A stretch of 64,000 nt of DNA from Octopus sinensis. Taxonomy: Eukaryota. The stretch's first letter is position 1. Each line of letters starts with the position of its first letter. Location of the stretch: assembly GCF_006345805.1 (NCBI RefSeq), contig NC_042998.1:165478001-165542000 (forward strand), read 5' to 3'. A program made the translations under genes and the position numbers. Below the pieces are notes generated by a model. The model saw only the letters and a program-made list of their open reading frames with translations. It made no database searches and was not told the origin of the DNA. Below, piece by piece: positions 49,808 to 63,179 of the stretch.

Positions 49808-49854
49808 GAAACAATTAAAATATGCTATGAAAATGACCGTGAAACAAAGGGAAG

Positions 49855-50682
49855 CTACTATGTAATTGACCTTTATTAAGACAAAATAGCTATTAGAATG
49901 ACAGTTAAATAAGTGTTTTTTCCCTTATTTAACGGCCATTCTAATAGCTCTTTTGTTTGAACATAGAGTTCCGCGTTGACCGATTGGTTCCGTTCGAGCA
50001 ATTCGTAACGGATAATCCTTTCCCAGTCCCACATCGTTTTACGTGGATGAAGATCTTGTTTCTTACGCTGCTTCATATTGATGTTCAGGCACCATTTTTC
50101 GTCGCCAGTAACGATTTGGTAAAGAAATCATTGCTGTGTCCATGAGTTGAGTGGTGACGAACAAGCAAACCAACGAAGATTGTGGCTCGTTGATTTTTAT
50201 TGTTGTCTCTTAAAGCATGCGGAACCCATGCAGTGTGAGAGCATTCCATTTCCTCTGCCAGTTCCCTTGTCGTTTGACGAGAATTTTCGTGCAAAAGTTG
50301 AAATAATCGCTCTTCATCGAAATCAACTGGATGGCCAGAGCGAGGTGCGTCTTTGCGGTCAAAATTTCCATTTTTGAACTTGGCATACCAACCACGAGCG
50401 GTTCTTTCAGCTATGGCACCCGATCCATACACAGCACAAATGTCGCGAGCAGCTTTTGCAACCTTAGAACCTTGATTAAAAGCAAAAAGGAGGTGTCGAA
50501 AATGCTCGTTGTTCTTAACTTCACATTCCATTTTAATGATCTGAAAATAAACAAAAATTAACTAAAATTAACTCGAAAAAAAAAAGCAAAATAGATTCCA
50601 AAATGATTCAAAAATAGAATTCCCCAAAACATAGATTCCAAAATTTTAAAAAACGGCGGGAACTTAGTTGCCAACCCAAAAT
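49855..50682 (-). mobile_element. Degenerate mariner (Mos1/Hsmar-like) element
   Basis: ORF 50085-50531: EHFRHLLFAFNQGSKVAKAARDICAVYG...TARGWYAKFKNGNFD..DAPRSGHP...QTTRELAE...WVPHAL. The frameshifted continuation gives IVTGDEKW and WDWERIIRYELLERNQSVNAELY. TIR-like end at ~50650-50682. Confidence 0.92.
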
Positions 50683-50796
50683 TATGGCAACCGAATAATT
50701 GTCACATATTATATTACATATATATATATATATAATATATATATATATATATAGCAATAATAATTCTCTAAACGAGGTATATACAGTAACTGCTCC

Positions 50797-51263
50797 ATAA
50801 CATAAGGGGCGTTAACCATCCGAATATGGCTAGGGACAGGGCAGGGCGGTGGGGGTGTTACTGATGCATTTAGCCCCAGGCGATCATCAACGTCACCAGA
50901 AGGGCTGACGCCATCACGGAGTCCTTTGGCTGCAAAGGGAGATCATTCCCCGAAGAAGCGGATGCTACATACGGACCCAGGTTTCAAGGTGTTTGCCTCT
51001 CGTCATAGCCTGCACAGGGAGTCGTTCGTCGAGGGGCGGTGCCTGCCATACGTTGACGAGAGGCAAACACCTTGAAACCTGGGTCCGTATGTGGCATCCG
51101 CTTATTCGGGGAATGATCTCCCTTTGCAGGCTAGAGGACGCCGTGATGGCGTCAGCCCTTCTGGTGACGTTGATGATCGCCTGGGGCTAAATGCATCAGT
51201 AACACCCCCACCGCCCTGCCCTGTCCCTAGCCATATTCGGATGGCTAACGTCCCTTATGTTAT
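50797..51263. mobile_element. GC-rich fold-back element (MITE-like), ~200-bp near-perfect inverted arms with a ~45-bp spacer
   Basis: ATAACATAAGGGGCGTTAACCATCCGAATATGGCTAGGG... is the reverse complement of ...CCCTAGCCATATTCGGATGGCTAACGTCCCTTATGTTAT along the whole arm. Confidence 0.9.
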
Positions 51264-51264
51264 A

Positions 51265-51300
<36 letters not shown>

Positions 51301-51723
51301 TGTATATACATATACTTGCTGTTAATAAAAGTCGGATGTGCGTCGTGTACCGTTACTTAATAAACGAAAAAATGCATTGTAAATAAACAACAACATAAAA
51401 AAACACATACCTATACTGAGTGTACAACAGGACGGGAGACAGACACAAAGGGTCCCTAAATTTCCATTAGTTATCAACTAAAATGGTAATACTAAGATTC
51501 GCACCATTAATGATAAGACTGAGAACTTCCCATAATGATGGTGCTTGCGAAATCCGCAGAGAATGTCGAGTCTCGAGCAAGCAAAACAACACGTAGTGGA
51601 CATACGAAAGTTAAAAAATGTAATTTAAGAGGATGGACAAAGACGAACATGTGTGTGTGTATGTGTGCGCGTGTGTGTGTATGCGTATGTATATATACGT
51701 GTGTGTGTACATATATATGTATG

Positions 51724-51762
<39 letters not shown>

Positions 51763-51790
51763 GTACATACATGACACACACACACACACG

Positions 51791-51823
<33 letters not shown>

Positions 51824-51827
51824 CGGA

Positions 51828-51975
51828 ATTCTATCGGTTTCCCTCTAGCAAATCCACTCACAAGGCTTTGTTAGATCTGAGGCTATAGTAAAAGAAACTT
51901 CCCCAAGGTTCCACGCAGTGGGACTGAACCTAGAATTATGTGGTTGAGAAGCAAGCTTCTTAGCACATAGCCATG
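51828..51975 (-). mobile_element. SINE family A head fragment
   Basis: CAAATCCACTCACAAGGCTTTG...CCAAGGTTCCACGCAGTGGGACTGAACC. Confidence 0.8.
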
Positions 51976-53299
51976 GTTTATAATTTGATAACATTTTTAA
52001 AATACTTCAAAATCGTATATTTAAGCAAAGCATGTAAGAGCTCTCCAAAAACATTGTTGTCACTCTGACGAAATTCAATATCCTGTCCTGTATAATAACG
52101 GTGAATACAAAACGCCTATGTATACAACCAATTTTGTTTCTTTTTCGATGCTGTGGCTTTACTGCATATGTTTGGACAGAGACTCTACCAAAAGATAAAC
52201 GAGTTTTAACTACAGATACAGGTTGATCGTTATAAAGGATGGATGTGCTGGATTTCACTGATTGGAGATAAGAAAAGATCAGTAATATTTGCAGCACAGG
52301 CCGTCAATGCACATTTATGGGGTATTGGCGGATAGTTAACAGATAGTCAACAGTTGCTAGAGTCATTATACATTTTGCATTTTGACAATGCAACCATTGC
52401 TCAAAGTCTCTGTGAGTTAAATAAATCAACACTAAACTGGAATTGGAAGACCACAGAATTGCCAGCGTAAAAGGACCATCTAGTAGAAGTATGAGCAATA
52501 TAAGAAAAGGTGCAAGAGCCTCTTTTTATGTAAGAAAGATATCGGATAATTTGCTTTTAGCCTAGGTAGTAGCTACTATGCGTGATCGGCTCACATTCGT
52601 CATTTCATCCGGCATGAAAAACTATAAAAATTTCGGCCAATATGGAAGGGTTTTGTGAGATCAACTGATAGCATGACATACATTCTTTCTAACCTTTTTG
52701 CTGCAGACAGAAAATGATATTAGTATTATACTCCAGTACAAAATTACACAGTCTTTCTTTCGAGATGAATTATTGATTTGGTTCGGGTTAACACAGGAGA
52801 ATTTTCGCGAAAATAGAGACACAAATTAGGTTATTATTAACTGACACATCACTTTGTTTTCAGATCTTATTTTATTTGTTTTCATTGCATATGTACAACG
52901 GAAGACAATATATTTTTGACCTGACTTATGCAAAGAGCAATAGGTTACAAGACACCTACTGTTGAAATGGACTATTATCTGAAACATTGAAACAAGCTAG
53001 TAAATGCAATTTACAAGCCCGATAACAAAAGAAAAACAAGTTATTTGCAGTTGATAGAGAGATAAATTATTATGGAAATTTATAAATATCAGTGATAATG
53101 AATTCAGTGAAGGGAAAAATAAAAGTAAAAATAGCAGGAATAAATTCAGTGAAAACAATATTGTGTTAGTAAAAACCAAGCACGAACATCTCCACAAGAA
53201 ATATCTTTAGAGAGCTGATAAGAAGAATCGGATTGGTATGACTTATTAGTCTCATTCAACAAATAGAGACAGAAGAGCTGAGAGATGCAACACAAGACA

Positions 53300-54560
53300 A
53301 TTGTATCAACACCAAACGCAATAATAAAACGCCAGGAGATGCTAAATACTGCATGTGTGAACAACTGCGCATGCACTACTTGCGGGATGTCTAGTTCAAA
53401 CTGACACTGAACAACTGTATACTCACACCGCAAAATTTGTTATCGCCAAAATGTAGACTCTAGTAAGTGGTTTGAACGTACCCCAGAGGATATCAGAATA
53501 ATGATCTTCATAGAATCGCCATCCACTAAAATAACAAACAGCACAATACACAACCGACAATCTATGCTACCGCCTTTTATTCTTTCGGGATAGTGACGAC
53601 TTCTTCCACATCGGATGTGTCCTACAGCATGACGCGACGTCGACTACATACAATGACATCAGTTTTCTGCATCCCAGTTCTAAGGGGATACCTCTTAACT
53701 GTTCTAGCTTCCGCATCATTTGCTAGAGATCTAGCACATAGCTAGTGATGTGAAATGGTTCCGAAACGTATGTTTTGAGTTCTGAGCAGATGCGGCTGTG
53801 CATTGCTGTGATCTAGCCTCTGAAAATGCGTTCGAACACAGTTACAGGTAACAATGGTTGACCTTATAGAAATCTTTTCTCTGACCCCAATCAATAAAGT
53901 TCACATCTAGGCCAGGTTTATTCCCAACTCCCTCAATAAGGCATCGCATGAGATGGAGTTTTCGTGGATGTATCTGCTCGGGGTCACCTACGCTCGCGCT
54001 TCCTACGCCAGGCTAGCAATGACATGCACCAAAAGTTTGCCTAATTCCATAACCCAACTCTTAAACTTTGTGTTCAGCAAATTTATGGGTCGAAATTTAT
54101 TAGCAGTGTTCCCTTATCGGCATGGTGTCCTTTCTTAACACCCCTGCTACTCACCTGCTGGAAGCGAGGGAAATTTTTCAGTTCTGCTGCAAACTGAGGT
54201 AGTCAATCAGGAGGTCATCAAATAAGATCATGCAAACTGCGCAGTTCGTGCTCACGGTCTTCTGTGTTTGAGATGTCGTTGTTGAACTTCTACAACAGGC
54301 CATCCTTTCTTCCGAGAGTCGCTACTACTCACACCGACCCAATACTCGTCCTGGACTGTCTAATAGGGTTCTGCTAGAAAATCACTCACATCTACTTGCA
54401 ACTGAATAGCATGCCCCTATCTCTACCTGTCTGAGGCAAAACTACTACATAGTCAATCTTTTATCTTGCCAAAGCTATTGCGTCACAATCGATTTTATCT
54501 TGTAGAATACATACTTCTGTCTGTTCAACCTCTTTACTTTGGATCTTTCCTTGAACATGT
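53300..54560 (-). mobile_element. Highly decayed Tx1/L1-like LINE reverse transcriptase region
   Basis: Manual minus-strand translation across frameshifts: LFDDLL...GVLRKDT, NKFRPINLLNTKFK (RPISLLN motif), LHLMRCLIEGVG...RKDFYKVNHCYL (KAFDRVDH-like), SEPFHIT, MRKLEQLRGIPLELG...SLYVVDV (YADD position). Boundaries approximate. Confidence 0.7.
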
Positions 54561-55074
54561 AAGATTGATTATGTTCAGGTTATCATATTAGAAGTTCCAC
54601 TGATTGCATTGATGCGACCATCCACATACAGGCCTATTGCATCATTTGAAGATCTTGATGAAATTGCAGGTTGAGTAATATTTAATATAGCATGAAGCTA
54701 GAAAATCAGTTTTTATATTTGTTCCAGTATGTCCAATAATTTATCACATTTCACTTGTTATTGAGACGACCGTAACCAGGTAATAAATGTGTTATCTTCA
54801 TTCTTTTATTTGTTTTATTGTTATACGCTGAGATTGAAGAAAATACCCGGATTTTCAGTTTTTGCGAAATAGTTTGAATTTACTGGACCGATTTTCCCTT
54901 CTGTACATCCTGTTAACCGGAGGTTCTCATGAGAGCTGACAGAGGTAATTGCCTGAATTCCACTAACTCACCCCCTTTACGTACTATAAACACACATAAA
55001 TGTATGTTTGTGTATGCTTGTGTGCATATGTTTGGTTATGTGTGTGTTTGTGTGTGTGTGTGTGTGTGCGTGTG

Positions 55075-55126
<52 letters not shown>

Positions 55127-56699
55127 TGTGTGTGAAATGCTTTCTTTATTAACCACAAAGGGTTAATTGAAAGATCAAGAATGACACAGGACGATACAGT
55201 ACAGGATTGCAACTACCCATAGTCACACACATGTGTACACACGCATGGGTATTCCTACTAACTTTCACGTATACATGTGTGCACATATGTGTTCATATGT
55301 GTAGATAAAAGGACAAAAATAGAAAAAAGAGAGAAGGGAGGATAAGCATGAAAGATTTACTGATAAATAGATACATAAATAGCTACATATAAGAATAAGA
55401 GCAAGATGGTGTGTGTCTATTATCTGTTAATGTTTGTTGCTGTATATTGCATGTATTTCTGACGTGAATATCTGGGACAGACACATATCCGAATGTTTGT
55501 AATATAGTCTGATTTCTCGTGCCACAGATACAGTTAATTCAGTGAGTTTAACCTAATGTCCAGGGAATTTTAAAATACGCACGTGTAAGGGTGGTGAAGT
55601 ATTTTGAAATGTATGAGACAAGCAGTCCTGCACCATAATCCAATGTCTACCACATGGAGACGGCGGCGACGGAGGCGCTGGGAGGTGTTTTCGGCAGACG
55701 AATATCGTGACTAAACTTCTGCATTTCAGATTTATGATCTGCACCCCTGCTCCCTTCTCACACTTATTTTATTACGAAGTATTGCATATAGAATAATGAA
55801 TGCGAAATGAAAGAGTTGCAAGTACATAGGTAATTCAGGGAGAGAAGAAAAAACTGTCCTCCTACCACCTGAAAAGGGAGACTTGAAGAGTCACTGAACT
55901 AAATACCTGCAGTATACAGAAATCGTGCACACGATTAATTTTGAGAGAAAAATTATTATTCTTACTGATATTTCTGTTAACTGTATTGAAATCATATTGT
56001 TTGAGACATATTTAAGTTGCAGATCTAAAATCATCAGCCCATTTCTTCACAGTGTTATGCAACATGATACATTATTTTGATCTCAGTGAATAACAGAGAT
56101 AATGTCTCACAGATTGTACGATTGTAATTACAGTCATATTTCACATAATCAATAGTATAACACCCCCACGTCTCGGGAACTGGCTCTACAGCAGAAGTAG
56201 ACGAGACGTATGTATTTCAAATATGGTGATTATGAATTAGCGGTTAGTTTTATTGCTGGTGTGACGTTTAGATTTAAACTGAGGATAACTCTGAAAATCT
56301 ATACTTCCACGGCTAGAAATAGGTTGACGCATTGAAGAAATCCAGAGACAGTTATTTTTCCAAGACGCTTTTCCCAGACGCAAGATGGCTTACATCAGAT
56401 TGATATTTACATATTCATACTGTTGCTTCAATCTAAAAGAGAAATGATTTATTGTAAATGCAAAGATGGCATATGAAATTAATAGTTGATTCAATAATTA
56501 CATGAAATACATGAAATTCTGTAGCCTTAAAGAAGGTTGGACAGAAAGTAAAAACACTATTCGAAATGTTGTGTAGCTCGTAAAATTGTGAAGAAGTATC
56601 TTATTTCATTTTCTCTGATCTGATGGTTTATTTTCTTGGAATCTTGTGAGAAAATGCCATCATTTTTAACTCTTAATTAATCCGCGGAATAACGGAATG

Positions 56700-56977
56700 T
56701 ATCTGTAACTAATTTCCACTTATTCAGGTCTCTGCAGAATAGTCTTAATGGTAAAAATTTCAATTCCTTGGATGACATAAAAAGATTCCTTGATGAATTC
56801 TTTGCCATGAAACCACCTCAATTCTGAGAACAGTGTATTTTCAAGTTAAAGGAAAGACGGAGACGCTTTGTGCAACAAAATGGTTCATATTTGGTTGATT
56901 AAAAATGTAATGGCAAGTATTTATTGACCTTTTTCTTTCCTATAAAAACCGGCACGAACTTTCCGGACAACCCAATA
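56700..56977 (+). mobile_element. Mariner 3' fragment with right TIR
   Basis: FHLFRSLQNSLNGKNFNSLDDIKRFLDEFFAMKPPQF*EQCIFKLKERRRRFVQQNGSYLVD*, then AAAACCGGCACGAACTTTCCGGACAACCCAATA. Confidence 0.88.
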
Positions 56978-57171
56978 GTAATGTTGTTTTCAAGTTTTGG
57001 TTCAAGGCTAGTAAGTTCGGGGAGGGGGTACGTCGATTACATCGAGCCCAGTGCTCAACTGGTACTTATTTTTCGACCTCGAAAAGATGAAAGACGTTAG
57101 CACGCCGGACAAAATCCTTAGTCGCATTTCGTTTGTCTTTATACTCTGAGTTCAAATTCCACCAAGGTTAA

Positions 57172-57968
57172 GGATCTTTTCCTCTTGAACGGCACTTTTC
57201 AACACAATTTCTAGTTAACTAAACACTTTTAAACTTCGTATACTGGTAGAATGTGTTTATAAAACATCATTTTTTCTTGGCTTTATTGAGAAAATTGTAT
57301 ATGTTGTAAGATATTTCGTCTGAAATTTCGAGCATTTCGGCAATTTTAACCAATCGCTGACCTCCATTTAGGTAAATAACATTCTGTGCATAATGAATAT
57401 GTCCCTCCTTTAAGAAACAGATTAGGTTTATTTACATTTATGAATGTAACCCTAACCCTAACTCTAACCCTAAATCTAAAATAAATTGAAATGCAATAGA
57501 TCGATGCTAGGGTTATAATTATGGGTGACAATTTCATACGACACCGCTACGGAAAATGGGATTTTTTCTAGCGGTGTCAAATGAAAATGTCACCCATAAT
57601 TATGACCCTAGTATCGATCTATTGCATTTCAATCTATTTTAGATTTAGGGTTACTAGGGTTAGGGTTAGGGGTTGGGTAAGGGTATCTTTTTTTCTTCAC
57701 AAATGTAAATAAACCCAATCTGTTTCTTAAAGGAGGGACATATTCATTATGCACAGAATGTTATTTACCTAAATGGAGGTCAGCGATTGGTTAAAATTGC
57801 CGAAATGCTCGAAATTAAAGACGAAATATCTTACAACCTATAGAATTTTCTCAATAAAGCCAAGAGAAAATGATGTTTTATAAACACATTCTACCAGTAT
57901 ACGAAGTTTAAAACTTTTTAGTTACCTAGAAATTATGTTACAAAGTGCCGTTCGAAAGGAAAAGATCC
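57172..57968. mobile_element. 797-bp fold-back MITE with 8-bp TSD and internal telomere-like repeats, inserted in a family C SINE
   Basis: TIRs GGATCTTTTCCTCTTGAACGGCACTT and AAGTGCCGTTCGAAAGGAAAAGATCC; flanks AAGGTTAA (57164-57171) and AAGGTTGA (57969-57976). The arms are complementary almost to the centre, with (TAACCC)n and (TTAGGG)n tracts. Confidence 0.9.
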
Positions 57969-58188
57969 AAGGTTGATTTTGCCTTTCATCCTTTCGTGGT
58001 CGAAAAAAATAAGTACCATTTGAGCACTGGGGTCGGTCACATTGTGCCAAAATTTGAAACCATTATTGTTGTTGTTGTTGTCTTCTTCTTCTTCTTCTTC
58101 TTCTTCTTCTTCTTCTTCTTCTTCTTCTTCTTCTTCTTCTTCTTCTTCTTCTTCTTCTTCTTCTTCTTCTTCTTCTTCTTCTTCTTCC

Positions 58189-58626
58189 AAAAAGGTCACG
58201 CCATTAGCCATCTATTAAGAATGCGTGTGGCAACTTGAAGATTCATCCACCACACGCGATAGATTGACGGATGCACGGGCGCGAAAGCTACGTTGTTATC
58301 CTCATTCCGTAAATAGTGGCTTTTAATGGATGGAGAGCTGAGCCATCCTGGGGTACAGAGGATTTGCAATCTAGACTAGAGTCCGAAAGTTTACCACACC
58401 ATAGTGGATTACACCATGGTTCCTCTGCTTTCTGGTAGAAGTAGGAAGAAAGAATGAGAGAAAGTTGTGGTGAATAAGTACAGCGGGGTTCACACCCCGC
58501 CTCCACCAAAGCCTCGTGGAGCTTAGGTGTTTTTGCTTAACACTCGCATTGCCCGGTCTGGGAATCGAAACCGCGTTCTTACGACCGCGAGTCCGCTGCC
58601 CTAACCACTGGGCCATTGCGCCTCTA
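58189..58626 (-). mobile_element. tRNA-derived SINE family B, tail type 3
   Basis: Head GTAGAGGCGCAATGGCCCAGTGGTTAGGGCAGCGGACTCGCGGTCGTAAG...TTCGATTCCC, the same core, and an unrelated ~250-bp tail. Confidence 0.85.
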
Positions 58627-58640
58627 CTGTTGTCGTTGAT

Positions 58641-59030
58641 AAGGCGGCGAGGTGGCAGAATTCTTAGCACGTCGGGCGAAATGCGTAGCCGTATTTCGAG
58701 TGCCGTTACGTTCTGAGTTCAAATTCCGCCGAGGTCGACTTTGCCTTTCATCCTTTCGGGGTCGATAAATTAAGTACTAGTTACGCACTGGGGGTCGATG
58801 TAATCGACTTAATCCCTTTGTCTGTCCTTGTTTTTCCCTTCTGTGTTAAGCCCCTTGCGGGTAGTAAAGGAATAGGTATTTCGTCTCTCATCACGTTCTG
58901 AAGTCAAATTCCGCAAAGGCTGACTTTACCTTTCATCCGTTAAGTACCAGTTGAGCACTGGGGTCAATGTTATCGACTTACTCCCTCCCCAAAATTTCAG
59001 GCTTTGTGCCTATAGTAGAAAGGATTATTA
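58641..59030 (+). mobile_element. SINE family C, full copy (58641-58880) plus a second partial copy
   Basis: AAGGCGGCGAGGTGGCAGAATTCTTAGCACG...GAGTTCAAATTCCGCCGAGGTCGACTTTGCCTTTCATCCTTTCGGGGTCGATAAATTAAGTAC. Confidence 0.88.
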
Positions 59031-59053
59031 TTATTATTATTATCATATTATTA

Positions 59054-59090
<37 letters not shown>

Positions 59091-59239
59091 GACAAGCTTT
59101 CGAAAAATCTTTAGGCTCTGAGTAACTTCTAAAGTATTATAAGGTAATAAAATGTTACATATCATGTTTCTCCATACAAGCATGTATACTTAGATACACA
59201 CAAACATATACACATAAATTTGTGCGTAAATGTTTGTCT

Positions 59240-59272
<33 letters not shown>

Positions 59273-59297
59273 ATATATATATATATCTATATATATA

Positions 59298-59421
<124 letters not shown>

Positions 59422-59715
59422 TTGTGCATGAAAAAACACGAGATACTTTCATACATACGAATTCGAACTTCATAAGAACCAACTTATATTGAAAAACGCA
59501 ACGAAGCAATCTATTAACGCATTCACTCTGCATAGAGCCGATACTTATTCACAAGTATTCTTATCTCGCAATTAATCAGCGCCCAAGTTCGTTTAACTCA
59601 ACTGCAAGTTCTCACACCTACTTCAAACCAACACTTACTGCGTATCCATATGCTCGTAAATGCATGATACATATATATTTAGATACACAGACAAGAACAC
59701 ATATTATTATTATTA

Positions 59716-59769
<54 letters not shown>

Positions 59770-59814
59770 TATTATTATTATTATTATCATCATCATCATT
59801 ATTATTATCTTTTA

Positions 59815-60225
59815 TCTTTTATCTTTTATCTTTTGCTTGTTTCAGTCATTAGACTGCGGCCATACTGACGCATCGTCTTGAAGAATTTTTAGTCGAATGA
59901 TTCGACCCCAGTACTTAATATTTTGCTAAATCTGGTACTTATTCTATCTGTCCCTTTTGCTGAACCACGAAGTTAGTGAGACGTAAACATGCCAAGACTG
60001 ATTGCCAAGCGGTAGTGCGGACAAACACAGCTACAAAGACACACACAGAAATACTTATACATATATATGACAAGCTTCTTTCAGTTTCCGTCTACAAAAT
60101 CCACTCACAAGGCTTTGGTCGGCCCGAGGCTATGGAAGAAGATACTTGTCAAAGGTGCCACACAGTTGGACTGAACTCGGAACCATGTGGTTAGGAAGCA
60201 AGCTTCTTACCACACGGCCATGCAT
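59815..60225 (-). mobile_element. SINE family A, diverged
   Basis: TTGTTTCAGTCATTAGACTGCGGCCAT...CTTTCAGTTTCCGTCTACAAAATCCACTCACAAGGCTTTGGTCGGCCCGAGGC. Confidence 0.85.
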
Positions 60226-60759
60226 TCGTTTTGTTCATCATGTTCATGTATGTGTGTATTCATCATTATTTTATTCAATTTTAGAAAAATTGAAGCATCT
60301 CTTTGACAATTCTGAAGCACACTGAACTTATTTTAAATATGTATACAAAACGACTGCCATTTAATGAGTAATGAACTCAGTATGTATGTAAAGCATAATA
60401 TTTTAATTTTAAGAGAGACCTCTAAGTATTGCCAAGGGGTTTAGGCTTAATCAAACTGAAGAACAAACGAGAGAACTGCTGACACTTAAAATCACCTTTA
60501 ATTACACACACACACACAAACACAATCCCAAACACACATACACACACACACAATCCCAAATATATTCACACCGACAGCTGATGAAGGGTCGTTCTTTGTG
60601 TTACCTGTTTTCCATTTGTTTCTCTCGTTTGCGTATTGAAATCATTTGTTTTCCCTTTTCATGTTGTTTACTGTTGGTGACATCCTTTAGCCATATATGC
60701 ATATGTATATATATGCATATATATATACACATATATATACATATTTGTATATGTATATA

Positions 60760-60843
<84 letters not shown>

Positions 60844-60870
60844 TGCATATGTATATATATATATATGTAT

Positions 60871-60901
<31 letters not shown>

Positions 60902-60966
60902 ATGTATGTATATATATATATGTGTATATATGTGTGTGTGTGTGTATGTGTATAGAATATATATAT

Positions 60967-61008
<42 letters not shown>

Positions 61009-61010
61009 AT

Positions 61011-61045
<35 letters not shown>

Positions 61046-61049
61046 TATA

Positions 61050-62085
61050 TATTTAAATTTAAAATGAGGGTGAGAAATTTGATATTAATTTAATTAACAT
61101 CAATTTCACACCAGTGGTCCAGCATATAAAAAAACCGAAGGTTCAGTAAAATTGTATTATATACATATAAGAGCAAGACCACTATGTGAAAACCCTTATG
61201 CTAGAAGTAGATCCACTATGGTCTTACCACAAAGAAATGTTCTCAAGAAACATTCAGCAAAATAACGAAAATGTAATCGAGCAAGACAAAAGCAAGACAA
61301 AAGCAATAAAAATATGGATTATTCACATACATGTTTCACTATTACCATATTACGTAAGATGCCCGTAGATCTTTGGTGTGACCGTCCAAGTGAATATAAT
61401 TTGCAGAACTGTATACTAGGACGTCCGCACAAAGTCAGGCTTGTAAACAGTTCTACCCATTACAGTCGTGGTTACTATTCAAATGTTCTCGTTTCGGCGT
61501 GCTAAATTACCGGAAAAAATGATATTGCAGAAAATAATTTACTGCAGTGGCCTTTGCCGGTTAGAGAACGTATCAATTTAAATTTAAAATTAAAATGAGG
61601 GTGGGAGATTTGATATTAATTTAATTAACATCAATTTCACACGAGTGGTCCAGCATAAGAACAAACACAAAAAACAACGCGAGGACGTGGTACATGTAAA
61701 GTATTAGCAGATACTCAGAGAAGGAAAGAAAGATGGTTTAACGTGTCGAGTAACGCTCTTCTTCAGAAACAGAGTAAAGTCCAATAGACTTTGTCTTATC
61801 GAGCAAGACGAAAGAAAAGCAATAAAAATATGGATTATTCATATACATGCTTTACTATTACCATATTACGTAATTTTACTGAACCTTCAGTCTTTTTATA
61901 TGCTGGACCACTGGTGTGAAATTGATGTTAATTAAATTAATATCAAATTTCTCACCCTCATTTTAGATTTAAATTAAAATTAATACGTTCTCTAACCGGC
62001 AAAGGTCAATGCATTTCTTAGTGGTAAGACCATAGTGGATCTACTTCTAGCATAAGGGTTTCTACATAGTGGTTTTCCTCTTATA
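61050..62085. repeat. Mosaic of direct and inverted blocks (Penelope-like terminal-repeat remnant) with a hammerhead motif
   Basis: Block A at ~61052 (+), ~61580 (+), ~61902-61980 (-); block B at ~61177 (+) and ~62010-62075 (-); block C at ~61277 and ~61798 (+). The 61660-61770 segment is homologous to the 19245/19770 blocks. Confidence 0.8.
61736..61770 (-). ncRNA. Minimal hammerhead motif with A14C change (GACA for GAAA)
   Basis: GUUU-CUGAAGA-A-GAG(cguua)CUC-GACA-C-G-U-U-AAAC; same family as 19324 and 19849. Confidence 0.6.
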
Positions 62086-62087
62086 TG

Positions 62088-62123
<36 letters not shown>

Positions 62124-62130
<7 letters not shown>

Positions 62131-62243
62131 ATCACGTGACCGACCAGACCATCAGATGTTGTTACACATCGCTGGTCACAGTGCGTTCGCATTGTTTTAG
62201 CCTTCGAATGACGCCACCCCGCTGGCTAAGTGAGCAGGCCAAT
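62124..62243 (-). mobile_element. Tail-only copy of SINE family B tail type 1
   Basis: Reverse complement of the 3' ~120 bp of 16147-16438, with no head. Confidence 0.8.
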
Positions 62244-62725
62244 ATATATATGCATTCGCTTTGGGACAGATTTCGTCAAATTGATGTCACGATGGCGAGT
62301 GTGCAAAATGCCTAAACTTTGCTTGAGAAATAAAATACTCTTACCTAATCAAAATCTGAAACGCTGGGGAATTAAAACAACGAATTGAAATAATAAATTT
62401 TAGCAAATCAAAACAATTCGCATTGAAATGCAGAATTAGCAAATGCTAAATAAATTACCGTTAATAAGGTGTCTGTTGATAGCCATGAAACATTTTTTGT
62501 CGAATTGTTGTCACGATGGCTAGTGCAAAAAAAGGCCGAAATTTTTTCGATTTTTGAAAAATCGATGCTGATTAAAAATCGACCTTTTTTTAAAATTCCA
62601 AGTGCGCAAGTGACCGGATGGGCATAAGCCCCTACTCATGTCAAGTTTCATTAAGGTCTGTTAGTTAGTCTTGGAGGAGTTACAGTAACAAATTCACAAA
62701 CACACCAGCTTGACATTTATTATTA

Positions 62726-62781
<56 letters not shown>

Positions 62782-62813
62782 CATTATTATTATTAACATT
62801 ATCATTATTATGT

Positions 62814-62867
<54 letters not shown>

Positions 62868-63119
62868 CACTTCATCACTCGGGTTTCTCTCCATTATGTC
62901 ACATACGTATTTCTACACATGTATATCTTCCTTATGCGTCTCTTCTGACTTTCTGCACCTCTTATTATGATTAATATCATCATCATCAACGGCAGCAGCA
63001 TTTCTCTCGCATACCAGTCTTTATTTTACTCTCCTTGTCCTAGTCCGTCTTTTCCATCCCTCTGTTTCTCTTTTTTACTTTTTTACATCGTCACATGTCT
63101 CTCTTTCATTTCCAACATT

Positions 63120-63179
<60 letters not shown>

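Noticed and set aside
52000-53300. Non-repetitive stretch with hydrophobic translations and faint piggyBac-like words (LHFDN, KFRPIW, DELLIWFG)
   Set aside because: Stops occur in all frames and the motifs are not in a consistent order or frame; it needs tBLASTn/HMM evidence.
60579-60620. CTGATGAAGGG motif
   Set aside because: No stem II or GAAA follows.
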